Virus record (IMG/VR): IMGVR_UViG_3300014501_000019
Location: 1 to 62,230 of that record
From: a virus
Taxonomy: Duplodnaviria; Caudoviricetes
DNA: 62,230 nucleotides
Strand: one strand, 5' to 3'
Made by a program: the position numbers and the translations under genes. Of the stretch, positions 10,698 to 21,200 are shown in pieces (position 1 is the stretch's first letter; each line of letters starts with the position of its first letter). The notes under the pieces were generated by a model, which was given only the letters and a program-made list of their open reading frames with translations, ran no database searches and was not told the origin of the DNA.

Positions 10698-11144
10698 ATG
10701 GATATTATAAACATTATTCTTGGTGCAGCAAAATCGGTTGGAGTTTCTGGAAGTCTTCTGTTAGCTATTTGTTCCCATGAAAGTTCGGGATTTACTCAAA
10801 ACTACGCAGCAATGGACAAGGGCAGCCCTAGTTATGGAAGTTGTCAGATCAAAAAAAGAACCGCAGAATTTTTAGGTTTTAAGGGTGATCCAAAGAAGCT
10901 CAATGACATTAAGATCAATGCCTATTGGGCAGCAAAATATTTGAAGTATCAGCAAAATAGATACGGAGATAATTGGCTAAAATTAGTTTCTAGTTATAAT
11001 GCCGGTTCTTTCTTGCCTTCAAAATACTACCCGGAATGTCCAAAAAATATCAAATACGTTCACTTGGTACAAAAGAAACTGCCCTACGATTTGCAAAATC
11101 GACTACAATGTGGCATTTCTGGAGAATTTGCGGAGAATCTATGA
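10698..11144 (+). CDS. Lytic transglycosylase (SLT domain)
   Basis: AICSHESS (catalytic Glu), SYGSCQI, AKYL, SYNAG motifs; start ATG 10698. Confidence 0.85.
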   Translation: MDIINIILGAAKSVGVSGSLLLAICSHESSGFTQNYAAMDKGSPSYGSCQIKKRTAEFLGFKGDPKKLNDIKINAYWAAKYLKYQQNRYGDNWLKLVSSYNAGSFLPSKYYPECPKNIKYVHLVQKKLPYDLQNRLQCGISGEFAENL

Positions 11145-11407
11145 AGAAAAAAGCTGTAAAAAGTATTCATCCACTGGATATGATGGACCTAAAGAATGTC
11201 TTCATAGAAGTTTATTGGCTCAACCAATGGCACAGGGTCAGATATGATAGCTGGGAACCCGTCTGTGAAAACGACTTTAGACAGCCAATGAAAGGTGGGG
11301 TGCACACTGTTTATTATCATGTTACGCCATTCCATATGACCACCGGAAGACCATGTCAACAATGGAATATGGTTCACGAGAGCCGAGTTAGGAAATGCAA
11401 GAAATGA
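11141..11407 (+). CDS. Hypothetical protein
   Basis: ATGA overlap with the SLT gene; GGAG RBS. Confidence 0.6.
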   Translation: MKKKAVKSIHPLDMMDLKNVFIEVYWLNQWHRVRYDSWEPVCENDFRQPMKGGVHTVYYHVTPFHMTTGRPCQQWNMVHESRVRKCKK

Positions 11408-11613
11408 GCAAACACTATCTTTGTGGCGTAGACTATCAACACGAAAATGATCAAGGCAAAGCTGACTACTACGATTTTATAAATGAACTCAAGGACAACA
11501 AATCTTGTTGGAAACAATGCGGAATTGTAGAACTTGAACTAGATGAACAAGGAAATGAAATAGGCCATACATGGATCGTCAGACAAAACTTGTTTGGAGA
11601 CAAAAATGACTAA
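11404..11613 (+). CDS. Hypothetical protein
   Basis: Coupled ORF. Confidence 0.6.
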   Translation: MSKHYLCGVDYQHENDQGKADYYDFINELKDNKSCWKQCGIVELELDEQGNEIGHTWIVRQNLFGDKND

Positions 11614-11803
11614 GATGAAAGTTAGATTTTGTTGGCTATGTGGAAATCAGTTGTGTGGCAATCATTTTAAATTACTTGTCGTTGACACACATGAGAGAGT
11701 TTTTCATAAAACATGCGCTAAGACTGTGGAGAAGAATTTTGTTAAAAGAGAAGACGGGTATTATTCGATGGGTACTATTTGGGAATTTGAGGGAGAACGG
11801 TAG
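11606..11803 (+). CDS. Hypothetical zinc-binding protein
   Basis: CWLC...HKTC; GGAG RBS. Confidence 0.55.
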   Translation: MTKMKVRFCWLCGNQLCGNHFKLLVVDTHERVFHKTCAKTVEKNFVKREDGYYSMGTIWEFEGER

Positions 11804-11810
11804 GATTAGT

Positions 11811-12107
11811 ATGAAAACAATTAGAATTAATGGTTATCCGGCTACGTTTGAGTTTAAAATTAGAACCAAATTGCCAAAGTGGGATAAAAGTCAAGATGAC
11901 AACTTTACCGATGGCGATTGGCAAAATATGACCGATGAACAGTATGAAAATCGTGTAAACTTTCAGGCAGAGCAGATCAGAAATAAATTTCTTCTTAAAT
12001 ACCTAAAGAAGCTTAAAATTTATTCTTTTGGTCATGGTTATGGTGATTATGTAGTCGAAGGGGTCACGGAAACCGAAGACGGAGAGATTTGGCAATTGGG
12101 AGGTTGA
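11811..12107 (+). CDS. Hypothetical protein
   Basis: AGGA RBS, ATG 11811. Confidence 0.55.
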   Translation: MKTIRINGYPATFEFKIRTKLPKWDKSQDDNFTDGDWQNMTDEQYENRVNFQAEQIRNKFLLKYLKKLKIYSFGHGYGDYVVEGVTETEDGEIWQLGG

Positions 12108-12116
12108 GAAGTTGAG

Positions 12117-12860
12117 ATGGGCGCGTTTATAGATCTAACTGGACAAAAATTTGGAAAATTGACTGTTTTAAGAAATCTCACTAAAAGAACGAAAAACAAT
12201 AGTGGCCCTACTGTATGGTTATGCCAATGTGATTGTGGAATCGTGAAGAATATTAGATATTCGGGATTGGTTAGAGGTTCTTCTAGTAGCTGTGGTTCCC
12301 ATACCTGTAGACCTAATTTTAAAGACTTAACGGGACAAAAATTTGAGAGACTTACGGTTATAAAAATGAGCACCAAAAAAGGTAAGAGAGGTTCTGCATA
12401 TTGGGAATGCGTATGCGATTGTGGAAACCTTGTAACTATATTTGGAGCTAGCATGTCATGCGGCAAAACGAGATCTTGTGGATGCGTAAAACATTCAAAA
12501 CAATACGAAACAATAAAGAATCTGCATTATAGAATGCACCTAATTCACGCAAAAGAAAACAATGTTGTCAGCTATCTTTCAAAAGAAGAATATGTGCAAA
12601 TAGCTTCACAACGTTGTCATTATTGCAACCTTATCGATATCAAGAAAAACAATCGCACCAAAGTCACAATAGAATTAAATGGGGTAGATAGAAAAAACAA
12701 TGAACTTTACTACAAAATAGAAAATGCACTACCTTGTTGTAAGAATTGTAATTTTATGAAAAGAAATACTCCATATGGGATATTTGTGTCTAGTATTAAA
12801 AGTATCTATTTAAATATCTTTAAGAAAGATCTAGAGGATAAAAAAGAATCTGACCAATAA
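12117..12860 (+). CDS. HNH homing endonuclease
   Basis: Two DLTGQKF..W.C.CDCG..SCG repeats; CHYC..GVDRKNN..PCCKNCNFMK. Confidence 0.85.
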   Translation: MGAFIDLTGQKFGKLTVLRNLTKRTKNNSGPTVWLCQCDCGIVKNIRYSGLVRGSSSSCGSHTCRPNFKDLTGQKFERLTVIKMSTKKGKRGSAYWECVCDCGNLVTIFGASMSCGKTRSCGCVKHSKQYETIKNLHYRMHLIHAKENNVVSYLSKEEYVQIASQRCHYCNLIDIKKNNRTKVTIELNGVDRKNNELYYKIENALPCCKNCNFMKRNTPYGIFVSSIKSIYLNIFKKDLEDKKESDQ

Positions 12861-13251
12861 ATGAAAATGACAATTTATATACTCCCTTAATGGAAACACT
12901 TTCTTGTAAATTACTAAGCTTGGCCTTAGGGATACTCCATAACGTCTCATTTGTACTTCTGTCCTCCAAACGAAGCGAAACGTAGTTGCTGGCTCCGATA
13001 TCGGAAAAAAGAGGTAAAGCATTGACTCCCTGTAATCCACCTGAGTTTTTAGTCCTAACACCAGAAACTTCTCCATGAACAGTCCGTTGTCCACCACCAG
13101 CTATTTCTTGGGGATATGGGGAATTGATTCCAAAAATTTCATATTCGCCGGTCTGATTTTGCATTGAGACGGTTTGAGTGGAAGTGTAGATCTTATTATT
13201 AATATACAGGCGACATAAACCACTTGAAATAACGATTGAATTTGTTGCCAT
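12820..13251 (-). CDS. Tail tube-like structural protein
   Basis: 143 aa, beta-rich pattern resembling tube-fold proteins; follows the wedge gene. Confidence 0.5.
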   Translation of the reverse strand: MATNSIVISSGLCRLYINNKIYTSTQTVSMQNQTGEYEIFGINSPYPQEIAGGGQRTVHGEVSGVRTKNSGGLQGVNALPLFSDIGASNYVSLRLEDRSTNETLWSIPKAKLSNLQESVSIKGVYKLSFSFIGQILFYPLDLS

Positions 13252-13261
13252 AAATTATTCC

Positions 13262-15238
13262 TTAGGGGCCGTATACATAAATTACCTCATCGGTTCCAGG
13301 AATAGGGCTTTGCCAATTTCCCAAACCTATGCTATTGGGATACAAAATTGTATATATAACAGTAATTCCCGCAGCGGCCACGGAGTCAATAATTCCTTGC
13401 GCCCAAACTCTACCACTGGCAGTATCTGTCAAATATGGTTGATAGTAAGATCCATCACTAGGTAATGTAATAGGGGAATCTTGCGTAACCAACATTACAG
13501 ACGATCCTCCTGGATGATCTTGTTGAATGAAATATGCGGGCGAAATAAGTAGGCTTCCAGGACTCGGGGTGGCAATATAAGGAATAGGGCCTTCTTGATA
13601 CTCAGTCCCATAACCAAGTATGATGTATCCGCTACTATTAGGAAATCCTACCGAACTATCAACCAAAATTACATGACTAGTTTCTCCATTAACATCTTCT
13701 GTCAACGTGGTACTAGCGCCGCCCACGACAAATCCTTGAGTCGTATCAAATATGTAAGGCCCGAGTGTATTAGGAGTTGAAGGACCGGCATCCGCAACAG
13801 TAGACGCTACAACATTGGTCATGGTAACCAAATTGTCTACGATCGTATATGTAAGCGAAGGAATTGCGGTTTCAATAGCCAATAAACCTTTAGCCGCTAC
13901 TTCAGCAGCGGTATCCGTACTCAAAATATTCACTTCTATCCCAGTAAATCCTGCGGGAGCCGGATCGCTGTTTCCACCATTAACATTAAGCCAAACATAA
14001 TAAAAGTAAGTAGATCCTAAGTCATCAATTAGAAAATATTCTGCTGGTCCCGTTGCTACTGGATAAAAAGACCAAGGAAATGGTGGAGGTGGCTCAGAAG
14101 GGATCATTCCAGGTGGAAATATGATTTGAACCACTGGAGATTCTGTGACACCGTGAAGATGAGCGCTTCCAATCCTACTTCTTTCAATAACTTGAGTTGT
14201 GGCAGGCATGAAGATCTGAAGTATGTTCTTTTCAGTATTATAAACTGCTCCATAGTATTGTTTACTTAAAATGGTTTCTCTTACCGGCGTAAAAAAAGAA
14301 ACCGCGCTATCAGTACCTTGAACCACAATTCCAGGGCTACCAGTCGGATTACTAATTTGAAAGTAAGCGATCCCAACAGCTCCACCCTGAGCACTTACGA
14401 TAGTAAAACTTCCTTCGTTATTACTGCTAGCGAATCCACCGCCATAAATATTGACGTACTGTAAGGGCTGGACATCTCCTAAGTTAGGATTTCCTCCACC
14501 AGTCCACGTATATCTTAGATAGCCACCAGGCTGAATGCTAATAGTCCATTGAGTGCTGAAGTTACCGCCAGCTGGCACACTTGCGGGAAAAAATAAAACA
14601 TTTTGTGCGCGACCGCCTAGAACCGTTACCGAAGACGAAGCTCCAATAGTAGAAGAAAGGAGTTCTACATAGTTTCCGTTTCCATCATTATTGGCAATTG
14701 CGCTTCCAGTGACATTTAAATTACTGAGACCAACAGAAATTACATTCGCTACTTCTTGCGCGGTTGCTGCTCCAATATTAGTAAATTGGTCGGTGTTAAA
14801 AGTAATAGTGCTGGTATTAGCACCATCAAAATTAATAATTAAAGTATCTCCATCCTGTAGAGCATACGGTTCAAAGTTTTGAGCACTATCCGTTGCTTTA
14901 ACAAAGACATCGCCGAAAACAGCGTCTAGGATGTTATTAATGAGATCCCTGACTTGTTTCCTGTTCTTAACTTGGATACCAATGGTGCGAAAAATTTCAT
15001 CTGATAAGCCAGTTATAGGGTCTCTAGTTATACCATAGTTGGCTAATAGAAGATCTAAATAATTGCCTTGGGCAGTCACTATATAAAGACTGTCATTTAC
15101 GGCTTGTACAGAATTGACAAGATAGGCGGAAGAGGTAGCTAATGCGTTGAGAACAGCTTGAACTCCAGGTCCTTTGAAATAGGGATTAAGATATTTCCTT
15201 AATCTTACAGCTTCTGCGGCTTGTGTTGTAACTGCCAT
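13262..15238 (-). CDS. Baseplate wedge subunit
   Basis: YLDLLLANYGITR...LSDEIFR motif typical of gpI/gp7-like wedge proteins; downstream of baseplate J. Confidence 0.7.
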   Translation of the reverse strand: MAVTTQAAEAVRLRKYLNPYFKGPGVQAVLNALATSSAYLVNSVQAVNDSLYIVTAQGNYLDLLLANYGITRDPITGLSDEIFRTIGIQVKNRKQVRDLINNILDAVFGDVFVKATDSAQNFEPYALQDGDTLIINFDGANTSTITFNTDQFTNIGAATAQEVANVISVGLSNLNVTGSAIANNDGNGNYVELLSSTIGASSSVTVLGGRAQNVLFFPASVPAGGNFSTQWTISIQPGGYLRYTWTGGGNPNLGDVQPLQYVNIYGGGFASSNNEGSFTIVSAQGGAVGIAYFQISNPTGSPGIVVQGTDSAVSFFTPVRETILSKQYYGAVYNTEKNILQIFMPATTQVIERSRIGSAHLHGVTESPVVQIIFPPGMIPSEPPPPFPWSFYPVATGPAEYFLIDDLGSTYFYYVWLNVNGGNSDPAPAGFTGIEVNILSTDTAAEVAAKGLLAIETAIPSLTYTIVDNLVTMTNVVASTVADAGPSTPNTLGPYIFDTTQGFVVGGASTTLTEDVNGETSHVILVDSSVGFPNSSGYIILGYGTEYQEGPIPYIATPSPGSLLISPAYFIQQDHPGGSSVMLVTQDSPITLPSDGSYYQPYLTDTASGRVWAQGIIDSVAAAGITVIYTILYPNSIGLGNWQSPIPGTDEVIYVYGP

Positions 15239-15239
15239 C

Positions 15240-18200
15240 TTAACTTCCTATCAATGACACGGAAATATCAGACACCTGATTGACAATGAACGCCTTTTCT
15301 CCAGTTACAAGTTGAATCTCGTCTTGTGCTAGATCATAAGTTGGCGATGTAAGAACAACAGAAGTCACTCCAGGGATCGCCCTAACCGTCTCTACAATAC
15401 TGCTGCAGTCAATTGATTGGCCTAGGGGGTTTGCCTGAATAAGTGCATACACACTCGATTGAATCTGAGAAGTTATTTGCGCGAAACTAACACCAATATT
15501 TGTCCTGATAGCCAAAGCGATTTGAATCCTCTTGAGAAGAGGTTCACGGATAAAAATATTTGTTCCCGCTGCTTCCACACCTGGATAGGTGATTGCGTCA
15601 CGGGGATCTCCATAGATAACCCGATTTGCTTGTCCAATCAAACCGGTATCATAATTGTAACTATCGATTCCAGTTCTAACAGTTGTTGGGAAATTTAGTT
15701 TCCCAAGTGATACCATTACTACGCCAGCCGATAAGTCGATTTTATCGTATTGCGCTGAAGTGTTAAAAATGATATTGTTGAAATTAGAGACTCCTAATTG
15801 TGGTGAAACATACGCAACTTGTTTATAACCGGTGTACGCAGTTCCTTCTTGAACCGACAGGGATACATAGTTAGCACCTAGACTGGTTCCAAACTGTTGA
15901 CCGATGACTCCAGAAACAACGATAGTATCGGGATTTAATACTTGCAGAATTTTGTAAGTTCCAGCATTTCCGATTCCAAGAATGGATCCGTTAACACTCA
16001 GCTTATCTCCTGGAACCGTTGCGTCATACGGAAAGAATTGGATTTGCGGTCTATTAACAGTGAAAGTCACAGAAGAAATTCCGGTTTGATTCACTCCTGT
16101 GGGATTCACAACATTTAAAAATGTTTGTTGACCTAATTGCGTGATAATGAAATTGAAAGCAGCTGGCATCGAAACATCTACTGGAGAATTAGTAGTTGCC
16201 GGAACTGTTGCTGTCACCGTCACCACATTGCTACTTACGGAAGAAGTCATTGCGGTCAAATGACCATTAATTGCTGTGTAGGTCTCATTAGCAACAGTTG
16301 TAGAGCTATCACTGCTATTGATACTTACTTCAATACCAGTGAAACCAGCAGGAGCGGGATCAGTATTGCTACCACCCAAAACATTATACCAAATATAATA
16401 TTTGTTAGCGTTACCACCGTTGTAAATTTCAAAATATTCTCCTGGACCCGTATCGGAAAACGTGATTCCCGATGGCATAATGAGTTGAACAATCTGTTGC
16501 TGTGCTGGTCCAGAACCTGTTACGATAAAATTGCCTTGATTAGCTGGAAGACTTGTGAATGCGGAGAAGGTGATCGTTGTATCACCGGTCCCAGAAGTTT
16601 TAGTTAATGTTCCAGAAGCTGTTGGGGCACCGGTTCCAATAGTTGTGAGGGTAGTTCCTGCTGCTATAGTGCTAGATACGGTAAATGTTTGACCATTGTT
16701 TATGTACGTCGCTCCAACAGTTGCATTGGCAGAAGTTACGGTAAAAGTATATTCTGTTTCAGTAAAACCAGCACCAAAAGTAACAACGTCTCCTGGAAGC
16801 AACACTCCTAAAGTCGGTGCAGTTCCTGTGCCGGTATAAACCAGACTAGCGGTTCCACCTACTACGGTTACATTGAAAGTTGTAGTAGAATCATAGCCCG
16901 TAGTAATTGGATTTACGACGCAAGTAACTTCTTCTTCAATTAAATCAGTAGCTAATGGGAAAGACAGGGCTTCTGGATTTTCATACCAAACACTGTCGTG
17001 ATTGCTACGAATGACTCTGTACTCACCTTGATTGAGAGGGGAGAAAGGAGAAGAGAGAATCATCGTATCACCTTCGGAAACCGAAGAAGTGGCTGTGAAC
17101 GCACCAGCTGAAATAGTGGTTCCATTTTCTACAACCGCTAAAGGATTATCTACACTGAAAGATGAACCATTAAGTGCAACGGCGGATACAAAGAATGTAC
17201 CATCGTTTGCAGAATTAGCGGCACCCGTAATAGTAATTAGATCTCCAATACTAAGATCAGCAAAGTTTGCGGTTCCCGTGGGCTCTGGCGTGTAAGAAGG
17301 AACAGTGATAGTTGTAGGTTCACTTAAGGTTACTGCAGCTGTTAAAGCGATTAGTGATCCATTAACTGTGCCGCCCAAAGTATTCGTAATACTGGCTTCG
17401 GCAATAATATTACCGTTAAATGTGCCAGCATTTCCACTGTTAATGGTGGCACTACTGCCAACTACCCAATAAACATTGGCCGCAATTGCACCGCCAGTTA
17501 AAGCAATCGTAGCAACTCCACCTGCGCCGGTAGTAAGGGTACTAGGTACTTGGAAAACAAATATGTCTGTTACACTACCATTGATAGTAAATGTTCCAGG
17601 ACCAGATTGAGCTAGATGTACATCCCCAGAAGGAAAGGTATAATAACCAGCAGTAACTGTATGCCCATCGAGAGCATTATAACCTAGATTAGTCGAAGAA
17701 TGGCTATTAAGAGTTGTATAAGCGCTCATGGCATCGGTTTGAGCGTTATCAGCAGCGGTATTGCCGAGATTAGTGGTTCCGGTTACTGTGAAAGCGCCTG
17801 TTACCGTAGATCCAGGATATTCGCCTAAATCTCCATTTACAACACTGGTTCCAACGCTATTAGTGATTGCTGAAGCCGCTAAAATACCATAAGGAGCGGC
17901 TCTTCCTAGAAAAGTGGCAGGAGGCTGAGGAGGATTAGCCACGACAGTATAAGTACCAGTAGAAGAAATGTCTACTGTGAATCCGCCAGTATCGTTAATG
18001 TTGACTACCGAATTGAATCCAGGAGAGGTTCCAACGCCATTCCAACTTAAACAAGCAAGTACACCTTGTTTTTCAATTCTAAAAGTTCTTCCTTCAACAC
18101 TAACATTTTTACGAGGTCCACCGAAATAAAGTTGATTGCCTTCTTGATTGAGTAGTGTTACCGTAGATTCACCAGCGACAGGAGTATTACTTAGGACAGT

Positions 18201-21200
18201 TACACTGGTATTTACACCGATTCCCGTGTCTTTATTTTGGAAGTTTTGAGCTTGCAATCTAAACCATTGATCGCTCATCATGGCTTGACTGGCGATATTA
18301 TTCGCAGAAACCACCATTTCGTTGTTTCCAAGTAATTCGCCAGAAGTTAAGACCGGTACCGTGTATTCATTTCCGCTGCCACCAACGATTTGAATGCTCC
18401 CTACAGATCCAATGGTATTAGTTGCAAGTTGTAGTTTGGTTCCACGATCACTGGTTTCCACGGTCCCAACGGTCGTGAAGCCTGTAACCGCCAAGACGTT
18501 CCAAAAATCTTTGACTTGATCCATGGTTGTTGGAATCAATCTAATAGTTTCTCCACTGGTAAAGAAACTATAGCCCGCAGCGCTTGGATAAGTTAATGGA
18601 GTTTTGAGCGTAAATTGTGGACTTCCAGTAACATTCGAACTTGCGATCCAATTAATTCCGTCAAAGAAATAATAAGACGGAGTTGTGAAACCGCTGTTTT
18701 CATAGGTGCTTAGAACAATATTTCCAGCGCCGGTTCCATTGACAACGGTCGTAGTAAAATATTGACTTAGATTTGCATTTACGTAAGCGTTAATAGCGTT
18801 AGCGGTAGTTGCAGTTGCAGTGAAGAAACTGATGCCATTAAGAACACTAGTTACAGCATTACTTTGTGCTACCGCTGTTCCACTTGGAACTGGTACGCTG
18901 AAAGATGTTGCAGTTGGAGTAATAGTAGTAGATACTCTAAAGGTGCCCGTATCTTTAATGTTAAACCCAGTCGAAGGAAGGATGGTAACATATTCGCCAC
19001 CACTCAATGTAAGATTTGGATTGGTTCCAACGGTGTTCCAGGTGTAAGTTACTTGATCGACTCCAGTTATAGGAGTGTTTGGGGTTATAGTAATATTCCA
19101 TTGTGTATTAGCGGCAATAGTGGAAGTAATGGGGTTACCAGAAAGCAAGCTAATTACAACCGCGACTTCATTATTTGGTGTTACTGTGGAATTTATGGGT
19201 TGATTGGCCGAAGTTGGATATACATAAGATACACTAATATTTTCGCCACTTCTACCAAAAAGTGCGGATCTATAAAGAAGAGAAGTATTTGAAGCCGCAC
19301 TGGAAACCACAAATTTGGCCTGCATCAAAACTTTATAATTGGCGAAAAAATCAGTTGGTGTGGTAAAAACGCTATTAAATGTAGGAACATTGAAATTAGT
19401 AGCAAAGCTCGCAGTGGCTCCAGCAGCAGTATCATAAGCATCAAAACTATAGTTATTAAGAGGAAATATACTGTTAACTAAAGCTGTTCTATAAAGAGGC
19501 ATCGTATAAGCTTCGCCTACAGTATTATTATCAACAATGGCAACTACGGTGTCATTATAACCAAAATCTAAGGGATTTGCTACGTAGAATCTGTCATTGA
19601 CCCTTAATCGTCTAACGTCTGGATACACTGGTAAGATAGTTACAGCTGTCCCAGCTAAAGTAGACATTTGAACCGTTTCTTCAGCCGGTTGTTCGTCGTC
19701 TAGAATAGTTCCTGGAACCACCCCATAAGGATGTAAAAAGTTAATAAGTTCATTTGGATCGAATTGAGACATTGATTGCGATGAAGAAAGACTGGTAAGA
19801 TAGCTATCAATGGGCTCGGCATAACTATCGGCGGTAAAATGAGAATGGAAAAACAATGGAAGTTCGGCTTGAGTTGCTTCGGTTTCATAGAATGCGATCA
19901 GTGCGTCTTGGCTAATATTGGTTTCACCACTAGTGAATCCCATCAACGCACCAAATGAATCCTGAGTAACTACGAAAATTTGACCTTCAGTGTTGAAAGT
20001 ATTGCTAACAACGGTAATATTAGTGTTGTCGAAAACTCCAAAAGTAAGTTGATCAGTTTGAAGTTGAAGTTCGGCGGCAATAACTTGCAAAGTTTTAGTG
20101 CCCGTAGTGACTCTAAATTTTTGTGGAACATTGGCGGTCCTGACAACTACGAAGCCTTGAATGAAGGTGGCGTTTGAGACTGGAGTAACTAAACCGTATT
20201 CGGCAACCGTAACTTCGATATCCAAAGTAGAACCGGTGACAGCGTGAACTCTACCTTCTATGTCATCGGTGGAAGGAATTTCAGCGGACCAAACAATAAC
20301 GTAATCGCCTGGAATTACATTGACAAAAGCCGTAGAGGAATTACTAGTATATCTAATGATGTTTGGGCTAACCTTAGAAACACTAAGTAAGGAACCGCTT
20401 TGAATTGTTGGAATAATTACAGCATCGGTATCTATGGAAATCCAAACATGCGCGTTTTCAGTCAAAACCACCATACCAGTACTAACATTACCGGCTTCAA
20501 TATGTGCCTGCGTGATAAGAGTTCCAGCGGAAAGCGTATCCAGTTTAACAAGAGCGGTGTCTAATTGGATTTGAGCGGTATTTCTATCCAAAATATAATC
20601 GGACTGCACGCCAGTTGAAGTGAGATCGATATTACTGATGACACCTTTTGAGATAAGGGAAGTGGGGTTTGAAATCGTATTGACTACTGTAACTTGAGCC
20701 CTATCGATTGGACCTAAATTAGAAGTGATTTCAATAGTGGATCCAACGATAGAAGCAGTGATTCCGGTAATGTTGGAATTAAGAACGTTCACCCAAGATT
20801 GTAAACTATTTGAAGCAGAAAGTGTGGTATAAGTTCCTTCTGCTACGAACATTGCGTTGGTCAGAGTGTAGGTAATTGGAGCGGTCCCATCAACTGCTAA
20901 ACTTAGAGTATCACCAGAGGCTAAAGTATTAGACCATTGGCCTTGTGAGAGTGTGAAAATAGAAGCCGTGGTACCATCCTCGGTTAATAGGATTCCATTT
21001 TTATAAAGTCTTAAAGTTTCCGCCTTCTGAGAAGGAAATTGAAGGATGGTATTGGCATCAATAACGTTGGTAGTTGCGGGAGTAGTGATTTGAATAACAT
21101 TGGTAATCTCATCTTCGGGACGAATAACAACATAGGTTCCACCGCCAGCAGTGACGGCTTCAAAATTTAGAACCGTGTCGCCATTGATAGAAGCACAAAC